DNA of 60,318 nt from positions 1-60,318 of IMG/VR virus record IMGVR_UViG_3300043783_000122. One strand, given 5' to 3'. The DNA comes from a virus (lineage: Duplodnaviria; Caudoviricetes). This document shows, piece by piece, positions 17,489-26,255 of this stretch. The position numbers were made by a program, and so were the translations under genes. The notes under the pieces were generated by a model that made no database searches, was not told the DNA's origin, and saw only the letters and a program-made list of their open reading frames with translations. Positions within the stretch are counted from its first letter, which is position 1. The number at the start of each line of letters is the position of its first letter.

Positions 17489-18010
17489 TTAGCGAGCGCC
17501 CAGCCCGAGTTCGGACGGCGCAGTGCGAGCGAACTCGCCCCAAGCCGCTTTGGCTGCAGTCGCGTAAGCTTCCATCGCCTCTTCGCGAGTTGCATATCGT
17601 CCGAGATTTTTGGAGCGCCCATTCACGACAATTTGCGCTCGCCACTTGCCGCGAGAAGTCTCGAAACGGACTCCTTTGGTGCCCGAGGTGTTGTTGCTCG
17701 GCACGCCCCGGTTCGCTTGATTCTGACTGTTCGACGCGAGTCGCAGATTGCGCCAAGCGTCGTTCGCCTTGTCTGTGTCCTCGTGATCGACCATCGCAGC
17801 AGGCCACTCGCCGGTCATGTAGAGCCACGCGAGACGCCCGGTGCGGTACGAGATATTGTCGATCTGAATATAGCGATAGCCGTTCGCGTAAACGCTCCCG
17901 GCACGCTGCCAAGTCAGCCCGACCATATTGTACGGCAACTTTTTCCAAGTGAAGATTCCAGTCTCGGGCTGATAACAAAGTATCTCTTGAAGTTGGTGCT
18001 GAGACAACAC
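17489..18010 (-). CDS. HNH homing endonuclease with C-terminal AP2 DNA-binding domain
   Basis: [10 protein letters not shown]...[29 protein letters not shown]...NNTSGTKGV...KWRAQI...LGRYAT.EEA..AY. Confidence 0.9.
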   Translation of the reverse strand: MLSQHQLQEILCYQPETGIFTWKKLPYNMVGLTWQRAGSVYANGYRYIQIDNISYRTGRLAWLYMTGEWPAAMVDHEDTDKANDAWRNLRLASNSQNQANRGVPSNNTSGTKGVRFETSRGKWRAQIVVNGRSKNLGRYATREEAMEAYATAAKAAWGEFARTAPSELGLGAR

Positions 18011-18027
18011 GCTGTTTCTCCTTCTAG

Positions 18028-19263
18028 TTAGATGACATCGGCTACAGCGCAAGCCCATTCGGGCCTTATCCAGAGATAGCCGTAGAGGACATCGAGCCGG
18101 GTGAGCAACTGATCCGTGCCCGGAATGTACGCCGTGAGCATCCGCATCGCCACCCCGTCGAATTCCTCCCTCGCCGCCTCCTCCACGCCCTTCGTCGGCA
18201 TGATGAGGTCGGCGGTGGCCATCGTCACGCCCTCGGGGGCGAAGAGGAAGTTCTTTCGATAGGCGACGCTGGCGGGGTTGACAAGCGTCACCGCTCCCGC
18301 ATTTGCGGGCGACACGTCCACGGTCTGGTACTGGACCGTGTTGGCGCCGACAGCGGGGATCAGCGCGGGATAGATCGAGACATTCGTGCCACCACCAGGG
18401 ACCGCCGCAGTCACGACGAACTGGCGAAGCTGCGAGCTGGCCTGCTTGGTGATCCGGTTGACCATATGCACGCCAGCGAAGGTGATGATGTCACCCACGT
18501 TGAGCGTGCCAGTGCCAGTGTTGATGAGAATGTTCAGCCCGGTCTGGCCAGCGCCGTTCACGAGATAGCCCGCGGCCGAACCTCCGGTATGCGTGAGGAC
18601 CGTCTGGTCCATGTACCAGTCGCCGCCGAGGGTGTCGCTGGCCATCTTGCCAGTCTTGTACTGCTCGCCGATCTTCTGCTGCGGGTTGAACAGTCCCGAC
18701 AGCGAAGAGACCGTGCGAGACTCCGTGATCGGATCGAGGATGAACTTCCAGTCGCCCATGGGGGCGGAGTTCTGCTTGAGGTACGCGCCGGCTTGCAGCC
18801 ACGTCTGCGCCACGGGCGAGATGAGGTTGCCGGCTCCGTCGCTGTTCTGCACATAGTTGCAGATTCCCGCTCCGTTCGTGCCGCCAGTATCGACGCCAGA
18901 CATCACGTCCGCCGCGACGTTGCCCGCGAGATTGTTCACCATAGGGGCCAGGACGCGGCGGGAGAAGTCGTCGAGGCTCATCGTGCGATCGACAGTGTTG
19001 AACGAGACATCGACGCCCTTTTGCGTAGCGAGCACCAGCGTAGTGTTCTGCTCCGCCGTGTCCTGGACGGACGCTGCAGGCCCCGTTCGCACCGTGAAGT
19101 CGTTCGGCAGACGAATTCGCAGCGAGGTGCCGATCTTGGCACCCGTCTTCGCGAAGTTGTCGTCGTACTGCATATCCAGGTGCTGGATGAATGCGTTGCT
19201 GTTCTTCCAGAGGCGAACGGCCTCTCGGGTAATCATGTTGATAGTGAGAAGACTGTTGGCCAC
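18028..19263 (-). CDS. major capsid protein (P22 coat protein family, HK97 fold)
   Basis: MANSLLTINMITREA...GAKIG..LRIRLPND...GDIITFAGV..VN...LRQFVV...RLDVLYGY..IRPEWAC. Confidence 0.95.
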   Translation of the reverse strand: MANSLLTINMITREAVRLWKNSNAFIQHLDMQYDDNFAKTGAKIGTSLRIRLPNDFTVRTGPAASVQDTAEQNTTLVLATQKGVDVSFNTVDRTMSLDDFSRRVLAPMVNNLAGNVAADVMSGVDTGGTNGAGICNYVQNSDGAGNLISPVAQTWLQAGAYLKQNSAPMGDWKFILDPITESRTVSSLSGLFNPQQKIGEQYKTGKMASDTLGGDWYMDQTVLTHTGGSAAGYLVNGAGQTGLNILINTGTGTLNVGDIITFAGVHMVNRITKQASSQLRQFVVTAAVPGGGTNVSIYPALIPAVGANTVQYQTVDVSPANAGAVTLVNPASVAYRKNFLFAPEGVTMATADLIMPTKGVEEAAREEFDGVAMRMLTAYIPGTDQLLTRLDVLYGYLWIRPEWACAVADVI

Positions 19264-19433
19264 TTTCGTCGCTCCAGGGTCAGCACGGAGCGTTTCTCGC
19301 TCAACGTGCGCTATGCCCCGGACGAGTGGCTATGAACGTCCAATGCGCAGGAGATCGTGGCTACTGCGAAAGCCTTTGGGAGTGGCGAGCTCCCATTACG
19401 CCAGTGCGAGGCTTGAGCGTGCCTCGAACGCTT

Positions 19434-19658
19434 TTAGTTCGTCGCTTTATTCGCCGTTGAAGGCGGAATCGGATCGGGCTGGGGCTCGGGCGCTTGGGGC
19501 GGCGGGAGAGCTGCGAGGCGCTCTTTCAGCGCATCGGTCAGGAGCAAGACAAGCGCACTGCCCAGCTTCTCCCAGTCCGATGAGACGTTCGAGGTCAGCG
19601 CGCCAAGGGCGAGATTGATCTGCTTCTCATCGTTCAATAGTTCGTCAAAGAGACTCAT
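19434..19658 (-). CDS. hypothetical protein
   Basis: 74 aa from ATG 19658, AGGAG RBS, Pro-rich tail. Confidence 0.5.
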   Translation of the reverse strand: MSLFDELLNDEKQINLALGALTSNVSSDWEKLGSALVLLLTDALKERLAALPPPQAPEPQPDPIPPSTANKATN

Positions 19659-19691
19659 GTTCGCTCTCCTTCGGCCCCTCACGGGCGGCAA

Positions 19692-20558
19692 TCATTGCAA
19701 CTTCATCCCATTCTTGCGCTTGGCATTGACCTCGGCCTGACGCTTGGCGATCCAGTCAGCACTGGACGTGTTCTTGGTGTCGTACACGGAGAAGGCCGGT
19801 CGCGCACCGCGCGCTGCGCGTTCCCGTATTGGGGCCGGGGCTCTAGAGACGCCCTCGACCGCTGCTGGCCCCTCGTCCTCGTCAATTACTTCGTCGCCTG
19901 CAGGCACTTCGATCTCCTTGCTCGCCACGAGCTTGGCATGGAATCTGGTGATCTCGGCGGCGACACGCACGGGGTTCGAGCTGAGCTGCATCAACCTATC
20001 CGCCTCTGCGGGGTTCTGGCCGAGCGCGTAGAGAACCTCGTCCGGGGCGCCGGTCTCCAGGGCGGCTTCGACGAGGCTACGCGGCAGAACTGGCGTCCCC
20101 GCCCTCGGGTCGAAGAAGGGCGAGCTCTTCTTGAGCACATCCAGCACGGCGTCGAAGTCCTTGTGCGCCTCGCGGCCCTTCAGCACGGCGCCATTGCAGG
20201 CTTTGTCGAATTCGTTCTGGGCCGTCTGGGCGCTCACGAGCTCGCGCAGTTGCTCGGCCGTCAAGGGCTTGGCCGCAGGCGGCTGGCGCGCAGCATTCGG
20301 ATCGGGCTGCTCGCCTCCTGCTGCGCTCGTCGAGAGCTTCTTGAATTCTTCGAGAGTCTGGTTCGTCAGGGCGAGCTGCCGGCGAGCCTCTTCGAGCGCC
20401 CGCTCGGATTCGCGCCTCTCGGCCACGACGCTCTGGAAGCGCTCAAGCGGAACAGTCTGCGCGACGACCGGCTCCGGCTTTACAGTCGGAACGCTGGGCT
20501 TCGGCGTCTCTTTGACCGGCTCTACGACCGGCTCGACAACTGGTTCCTCTCCAGCCAT
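19692..20558 (-). CDS. capsid scaffolding protein
   Basis: Acidic/Pro N-terminus, coiled coil, APAPI and WIAKR C-terminus; upstream of the coat gene. Confidence 0.8.
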   Translation of the reverse strand: MAGEEPVVEPVVEPVKETPKPSVPTVKPEPVVAQTVPLERFQSVVAERRESERALEEARRQLALTNQTLEEFKKLSTSAAGGEQPDPNAARQPPAAKPLTAEQLRELVSAQTAQNEFDKACNGAVLKGREAHKDFDAVLDVLKKSSPFFDPRAGTPVLPRSLVEAALETGAPDEVLYALGQNPAEADRLMQLSSNPVRVAAEITRFHAKLVASKEIEVPAGDEVIDEDEGPAAVEGVSRAPAPIRERAARGARPAFSVYDTKNTSSADWIAKRQAEVNAKRKNGMKLQ

Positions 20559-20559
20559 A

Positions 20560-20958
20560 TCAGTGCCTCGTCTCTTTCACGCTACCGTCCTCGTTGACCG
20601 TGAGCCGCGCTCTGCGCTGGTCCTTCGTGCGCCCCACGTGAAGGGGCCAATCTTTGATGAGCGCGTCGGAGATGCTCTCGTGCAAGGCCGCATGCGCGGG
20701 ATCGCGCAACATGGCCGCCATGGTGGCCCGTGCGGGCTCCAGGAGTCGCGGGATCATCATCTCGACGAACTTCGCGCGGATCGCAGCAGGTGGGAGGCCG
20801 CTCGACGCGCACTCGTCCTTGAACTCCCTGTAGAGCTCATTCTGCGACATGACGAGCTCGAAGAGTTCCTCGGCCATCCCGCGTGCTGTCGCGGCCACTT
20901 GCTTGTGGGCATAGAGGGTCTTTGGCTTCGCCCGCTGCATCTTGCGTTCGAGGCTCAT
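20560..20958 (-). CDS. hypothetical head-module protein
   Basis: 132 aa helical ORF coupled to the scaffold gene. Confidence 0.6.
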   Translation of the reverse strand: MSLERKMQRAKPKTLYAHKQVAATARGMAEELFELVMSQNELYREFKDECASSGLPPAAIRAKFVEMMIPRLLEPARATMAAMLRDPAHAALHESISDALIKDWPLHVGRTKDQRRARLTVNEDGSVKETRH

Positions 20959-21125
20959 TTCGCGTGCTCCCTCATGCTTTGAACGAGCAGTGCGAAACTT
21001 TTCTCGGCCATCGTAATATCTTCCTCGCTCACCGGCCAGCAGAAACGAACCTGTAACAATCTGCCGTTGCTGAGCGGCAACGACATCGTTTCTACCATGC
21101 CTAAGCCTTCTACCATTCGAGTCAT
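20955..21125 (-). CDS. small hypothetical protein
   Basis: MTRMVEGLGMVETMSLPLSNGRLLQVRFCWPVSEED...; fills the gap with ATGA coupling. Confidence 0.4.
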   Translation of the reverse strand: MTRMVEGLGMVETMSLPLSNGRLLQVRFCWPVSEEDITMAEKSFALLVQSMREHAK

Positions 21126-21149
21126 GTCAACCATCTTGTCCTCATCCTC

Positions 21150-22454
21150 TCACTTCGTCTGCACAATGGGATTATTATTCTCATCAAACAAGAGCCCCGT
21201 CCCGCCCGCAGTGCCCGCGAGGCCTGCGGCTAGCTCGGGCCACGCGAGCTTATTCGGGTCGAACTTCGCCCAGGGCGAGCGGACGCCAGTGACGAAGCCG
21301 GGGGCGACGGGGCTCTCGCTGAATTTGATGAAGCTATCGTGTCCTGGGTCCTCGGAGGTATTCTTATACACCACGCTGTCGTAGCCCTTTGAGGCGATAT
21401 AGTCGCGATAATCCTTCATCCCATCGAGTTTGTCAAGCTCCTCTGGCGGAAATTGTCCGATGGTGCTGGGAGAATCTTGACGCTTGTAGCCTCCATGCAG
21501 CGCGGCGTCAGCGTAACCGTTGTTGAGGTCCTTAAGCGCGGTGTTGATCCGATCCTCACTCCATGTCCCCATATCCCGCATTCGGAGTGGATTATTCGCC
21601 GCGACGACCACGGGATACTGCCTCGGCGCCTGCGAGCTCGTGAGCCAGTTAGACGAGAACACATTCGCCTGCTTCGGGTTTCCGAAATGCACGCCGAGTT
21701 CGTCGTCGGGCAACTTGAGCGCATCGTTCTCGGTTCCGATGTCCGCCGCTCCACCCTGGCTGGGCGTCTCCCAGTTCTTCAAAACGCGCGTGCCGTGGAC
21801 GAGGTTCTCACTCCGCCCCATCACGCTCGCGCGAAGGGGAGTGGCCAGCACCCCGCCCTCGCGGGGGATGTCGTCGAAGATACTCTGTGGAAAGTTCGTC
21901 TGATTTCCAGCCTTATTCATGTAACTGCTACTCGCCCCTCCCACATGCGTCCCAGCGACATCGAAGATGGAGGCGCCGGGATCGGAGGCGAGCTTCTTCG
22001 CAATGGCTGCGTCGGAGATGTCTGGCTGCGCATTCATCTTCTCGTAAGCAGCCATTTCTGGAGTATAATAGCTCTTACCAGGATTAAAGGGCGCTACTCC
22101 AGTCCCCTTGATTGCATCGGCTGCAAGCCGCTCGCCTCCGGTAAGCGCGTTGCCACCCTCGCGAGAGGCCAGTGAGCTCGCCCCTCGTATCAGGGCATTC
22201 TCAATCTTCGCCCCCGGCAGCAGGCCCATCGCAGCCGTCAGGGCGAAATGACTGGCCTCGTCCTCGGTCATCTCACCACGTAGGGCCTTCATCGCGTCAG
22301 GGAGGCCGAGAATCTCAGCGGCCGAGCGAAGAACGAGTTTCCTGCCTCCTTCGAGTTTATTCAAGATATCGGGTGTAGCAATAGTCTGGCCACTCTTGGG
22401 GGTGGGGGCCTCCGCGAGCCCGAGCGCACTAACGATGTCATCCTCGTCGCTCAT
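21150..22454 (-). CDS. putative virion-packaged protein with ADP-ribosyltransferase-like (ART-PolyVal-like) domain
   Basis: LVHGT...GVHFG...YPV....NPL...GYDSVVYKN..E....S..KF...S..AKFDP pattern; coupled to the portal stop. Confidence 0.6.
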   Translation of the reverse strand: MSDEDDIVSALGLAEAPTPKSGQTIATPDILNKLEGGRKLVLRSAAEILGLPDAMKALRGEMTEDEASHFALTAAMGLLPGAKIENALIRGASSLASREGGNALTGGERLAADAIKGTGVAPFNPGKSYYTPEMAAYEKMNAQPDISDAAIAKKLASDPGASIFDVAGTHVGGASSSYMNKAGNQTNFPQSIFDDIPREGGVLATPLRASVMGRSENLVHGTRVLKNWETPSQGGAADIGTENDALKLPDDELGVHFGNPKQANVFSSNWLTSSQAPRQYPVVVAANNPLRMRDMGTWSEDRINTALKDLNNGYADAALHGGYKRQDSPSTIGQFPPEELDKLDGMKDYRDYIASKGYDSVVYKNTSEDPGHDSFIKFSESPVAPGFVTGVRSPWAKFDPNKLAWPELAAGLAGTAGGTGLLFDENNNPIVQTK

Positions 22455-24745
22455 AGCCGGCGATATTCCTTGCTGCCGGTGAAATCTCTGGCGAACCAGT
22501 TGCCATTCACGTCCTGCTTGGCCCCGGCGACGGGCGGGCGCATCTGGGTAGCCGATAGCGGCAGCCCCGCGCTCGCGGGCGTGCCCATCTTCAGGGCCTC
22601 ATCGACATTCACCGTCGCAGGCTCCAGGCTGGCTTGGCCGCTCTGGTCGAGCAGGTCCCCCAGGACTGGCGCGAGGGTCTCCGGAGTGATCTCCGCCTCG
22701 CCCTTGGCCGCCGCATCGACGAGGACCTTCAAGCGCGCCGTCAGGGCATTGTAGATGTCTGTTTCGCTCTTGGCCTCCTTGCCGCGCAATTTCAACTTCT
22801 CCGCGGCCAGCTCGGTCATGGCGTTCGATAAGAGGTTCTGCAGATTCTGTATCATCTGCTGCTGGGCCTGCTCCTTCTGACTCGGGCCTTCGCCGAGCGC
22901 TTGAGCAGGCACAAGGCGCCGCAGCCGCTGCGCGGCCTCCTCGGCGTGCGGGAAGTCTCCAGCGCGGAAGAGGATGTCGCCCAGCACCGCGCTCAGTTGC
23001 GGATTCTGGGTGAGGATAAGCTTGAAGGCATCGAAGGCCTCCTCGCGCCGAGTGGCATAGTTCGGCCCAATGTCAGCCTGGACCTCGTATTTCCCCACGC
23101 TCGGATTGAGAATATGCTGCGCGACCTTATTATCCTCCGTCATCACCTGCTGGTAATGCTTGGCCGCTTGGGGGTCCAGCACGACCTCCATGCTCTGTCC
23201 GTCCTCGGCGAGCATCTGGATGACGCGCTTGGTGTCGTAAATCTTGGGAATCAAGTCAAGTATAACCCGACCAAGATGGCGAATAGCAACGCCGAGGTTA
23301 TCGATAAAATGATAAGTAGCATTATCACTTTGCCGTTGCCTTTCCCCGATGGCCTTCGCGGAGCGCTCATTTCCCTGGCCTCCCATTTGGGCCGCATATT
23401 GTCCGCTCGTCATGAGCAAGTCTTGGAGCGACGCTTGCATCTGCGTGGCGTAAATCGGCGCGGCAGTCGGAGGCTGTATGCGCGTGGGCGACGGAAGCTG
23501 GGAGCCATCCTCTCGCAGCGCCTTATACGGCAGGGCGCTAGTGTTCACCCTGTTCGCCTCATTCCAGTACGTTTCGAGCTCCTCGATACTCTCCACCGCC
23601 ACGAGCCAGGGCGTCTTCGTCTGCAGGCCCATGAATTCGACCGCAGAGCTGGCGGCGTAATTGTACATCCTCTGGGCATCGAGCATCGAGCGAGTGTGGC
23701 TCTTCCGATCCATCGTCCCCTCGATGATCGTCTCCTCGCCCAGCACGGGGATGATCGGGATGTACTTCCCCGGCCACTCGCGGGCCTCGCTCTCAATCTC
23801 ATGCTCGCCGATGATGAGCTTGTACTCGACGGTCTGGGTTATCACATCGCGCTTTCTGACGCGCTTATTACCCTCGATGGCCTTGACGATCAGGCGGAAC
23901 TGGAGGTTCTTCTTGCCGCCCGCTTCGAGGAGGCTCTTGCGGATGAAGCCGCCGGGGAAGCCCTTGATGAAGTCCTTCGGGAGGGCGTAGAGAACATCCT
24001 CTTTCTCGACGACCCGATAGTATTCCGCCACGCGGAAATAGTCCTCGCTGTGCCACCCGCTGTCGCCGCCTAGCGGCGCGGAGGTCGCAATGTCCTGGTA
24101 GTCCTTCCAGCGCGGAGACTTCTCGAACTCCTCCCGCTCGATGTCCTCGAACACAAAGGCGAACTTGGCGTCGCTCTTATCGGCCTCCTTCGCATCGGGG
24201 TCGAGGTAGATAGTGAGCGGGTCGATCACCCGCTTGATCTTAATACTCTGATCGAACGTATCGTCGTCGTCGTACTCCGTCACGACGCGCAAGTAGCCCC
24301 AGCCGGCGTTGACCTGGAAGTGCGTGGCAGTATCATACGCTGTGATGGCGTTGGAATCGTACTCTATGTGCCTCATCATGGCCGAGAGCACCTGTGCCGA
24401 CTCGAACGTCGCCTCATTCCCCGTGGGCATAACCTTGATGCCGGGTTTGTTCTGCTTGGCATCGTTGGTGATCTGCAGATTATGTTGCCGCACCCCGTTC
24501 AGCGTCAGGCTCGGCCGGTCATCGACCTCCCTCGTCCGCCGCAAGTCATTGGGCCACTGGTAGCCGTTATACGCATCGGCGTTGGCGAACTTGTAGTCGT
24601 CGAGAAAGTGCTGCCGCGCCGTCTGCTCCCACTTCAGGCAGCGCTCGAAGCGTTCCTGGGCCTCGGTCACGAGGTCGCTCAGGCCGGGGCCTCGTTCGTC
24701 GGCCTTATAGTCGCTCCGGGCGTCATCGGGAGGATGATTGGCCAT
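22451..24745 (-). CDS. portal protein (P22-like)
   Basis: 764 aa; QWP..LR..RE...RPSLTLN, WPGKYIPIIPVLGEE, DAQRMYNY, IPKIYDTKR, GKYEV...GPNYATRREEA. Confidence 0.95.
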   Translation of the reverse strand: MANHPPDDARSDYKADERGPGLSDLVTEAQERFERCLKWEQTARQHFLDDYKFANADAYNGYQWPNDLRRTREVDDRPSLTLNGVRQHNLQITNDAKQNKPGIKVMPTGNEATFESAQVLSAMMRHIEYDSNAITAYDTATHFQVNAGWGYLRVVTEYDDDDTFDQSIKIKRVIDPLTIYLDPDAKEADKSDAKFAFVFEDIEREEFEKSPRWKDYQDIATSAPLGGDSGWHSEDYFRVAEYYRVVEKEDVLYALPKDFIKGFPGGFIRKSLLEAGGKKNLQFRLIVKAIEGNKRVRKRDVITQTVEYKLIIGEHEIESEAREWPGKYIPIIPVLGEETIIEGTMDRKSHTRSMLDAQRMYNYAASSAVEFMGLQTKTPWLVAVESIEELETYWNEANRVNTSALPYKALREDGSQLPSPTRIQPPTAAPIYATQMQASLQDLLMTSGQYAAQMGGQGNERSAKAIGERQRQSDNATYHFIDNLGVAIRHLGRVILDLIPKIYDTKRVIQMLAEDGQSMEVVLDPQAAKHYQQVMTEDNKVAQHILNPSVGKYEVQADIGPNYATRREEAFDAFKLILTQNPQLSAVLGDILFRAGDFPHAEEAAQRLRRLVPAQALGEGPSQKEQAQQQMIQNLQNLLSNAMTELAAEKLKLRGKEAKSETDIYNALTARLKVLVDAAAKGEAEITPETLAPVLGDLLDQSGQASLEPATVNVDEALKMGTPASAGLPLSATQMRPPVAGAKQDVNGNWFARDFTGSKEYRRL

Positions 24746-26140
24746 CTAGCGTCCTAGCCATCCATGGCCACTCTGGTTCCCAGTGATGCGCAACGTCGTG
24801 CCTCCAGGATTCTCTGCTCCGATCCCCGCGCCCGACAGCACATTCATCATCGGCCCAAGGCCGAGCGACTTCGGGCGTTCGAGCTTGCACTCAATGGCCT
24901 TCACCCTCATCCCGGTCGATATGGCGAAATACTGGAACGCGTCTGCTGCATCGCTCGCCCAATTATGATCGGGCAACGTCGAGAACCTCCTCGTCACCGG
25001 ATCGACGATGTACTGGTAGTGGTGCAGCGCATGGAGCCCTTCGGCGCATTTCTCTTTATCGAAATAGCAGGAGGAGAAGACCGTGCGGGCCGCGTTCATC
25101 TTATCGGCGACGGAGAGCTTGGGGACGATCTTCTTTCTGTCCCAGCCATAGACCGCGGCCACTTGTTCCTCGATGGAGAGCTTCGTGCCCAGCGTCTTGC
25201 TCTTGGCGTCGTGCGGCAAAAAGATCATGCCGTAGATGTACCCACGATGCTGCATCACCTCAAGGTAGTGGTCAATGTGTTTGAGCCTGTTCTGATAGAA
25301 GTCGATCAGATGCCACTCAAAGCCGATACGCTGGACGAACCAGATGCTCGTGTGGTCGCTGCGGCCCAGATCGAAGATCGCCAGAACCGGCTGCGTTCGA
25401 TCGAGCGGGACGTGGCATATTCGGCCCTGGAGCTGCGCCTCGCGAAGCTCGTCGGCAAAGATCGCGCCATCGAGAACGACCTTCGTGTGGCCCTCGTAGA
25501 CGTGCAGATACTCGTCCGGGTCCGTCACCCGCATGTGCTCGATCTCGGCGAGAACCTCGGGCGCGAGCCAGTTATTGTCGGCAAAGGTGGTCTTCACGAC
25601 GACCGAATTTGGCGGGGGAGCGTGCAAGACGAAGTGCTGGTAGATGAAGTCCTCGTCCAGCTCGGGGTTCAAGCTGAGCCACATCTCAGCATCTTTGTTG
25701 CGAAAGATGGTCGGCCCGAGGATGTTGAAGCTCTCCTTGCTCATCTTGGCCGCTTCCTCGACCCAGGCCCGCGTGATGCCCTCGTAGCTCTTGACCTTCT
25801 GGACGTTATGCCTGAGGCCCTCGAAGGAGAACTGGGTGCCGTTCGCCGCCCCACGGCCGAGGATGTGGGCCTGCTGAACCTCATAAAGGTAGTTCATGCC
25901 CATATGAGATATTTGATCGGCCAGAAGTTTGTGAACCGACTCGTCCAGGGACTTCTGGAGCTCACGGGCACAGAGGATTCGCTCGGTCCCAGTCAGGCCG
26001 AGGATGAGAAGCGCTCGGGCGAAGCTCCAGCTCTTCAGGCCCATACGGCCACCATAGGCGACCTTATAGCGTGCGGGCTGGAACAAGAATTGGAGCTTGT
26101 CGGGAAAGTCTATGCTCGTCGTGGCTATCGGGTTGGACAT
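24746..26140 (-). CDS. terL: terminase large subunit (PBSX/Terminase_3-like)
   Basis: RYKVAYGGRMGLKS, LCARELQKSL..SV, WVEEA, nuclease DLGRSD.T.IWF, HNWASDAADAFQY. Confidence 0.95.
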   Translation of the reverse strand: MSNPIATTSIDFPDKLQFLFQPARYKVAYGGRMGLKSWSFARALLILGLTGTERILCARELQKSLDESVHKLLADQISHMGMNYLYEVQQAHILGRGAANGTQFSFEGLRHNVQKVKSYEGITRAWVEEAAKMSKESFNILGPTIFRNKDAEMWLSLNPELDEDFIYQHFVLHAPPPNSVVVKTTFADNNWLAPEVLAEIEHMRVTDPDEYLHVYEGHTKVVLDGAIFADELREAQLQGRICHVPLDRTQPVLAIFDLGRSDHTSIWFVQRIGFEWHLIDFYQNRLKHIDHYLEVMQHRGYIYGMIFLPHDAKSKTLGTKLSIEEQVAAVYGWDRKKIVPKLSVADKMNAARTVFSSCYFDKEKCAEGLHALHHYQYIVDPVTRRFSTLPDHNWASDAADAFQYFAISTGMRVKAIECKLERPKSLGLGPMMNVLSGAGIGAENPGGTTLRITGNQSGHGWLGR

Positions 26141-26166
26141 CTGGCGAGCCTGACTGGGCGAACGAA

Positions 26167-26227
26167 GGGCGGGGCTTTAGGTGGGCCATGTTGTCGTGAC
26201 AACACCGACCCACCCTAAACCCCGCCC
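26167..26227 (-). terminator. long imperfect stem-loop immediately upstream of terL
   Basis: GGGCGGGG.TTTAGG.TGGG...TGTTGTC-GT-GACAACA...CCCA.CCTAAA.CCCCGCCC nested inverted repeat. Confidence 0.5.
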
Positions 26228-26255
26228 CACTAGCAGGGCAGAAACTTCGCCGCGC

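Noticed and set aside
19270-19430. Possible tRNA upstream of the capsid gene
   Set aside because: Hairpins present but no cloverleaf with correctly placed T-loop, anticodon arm and acceptor stem
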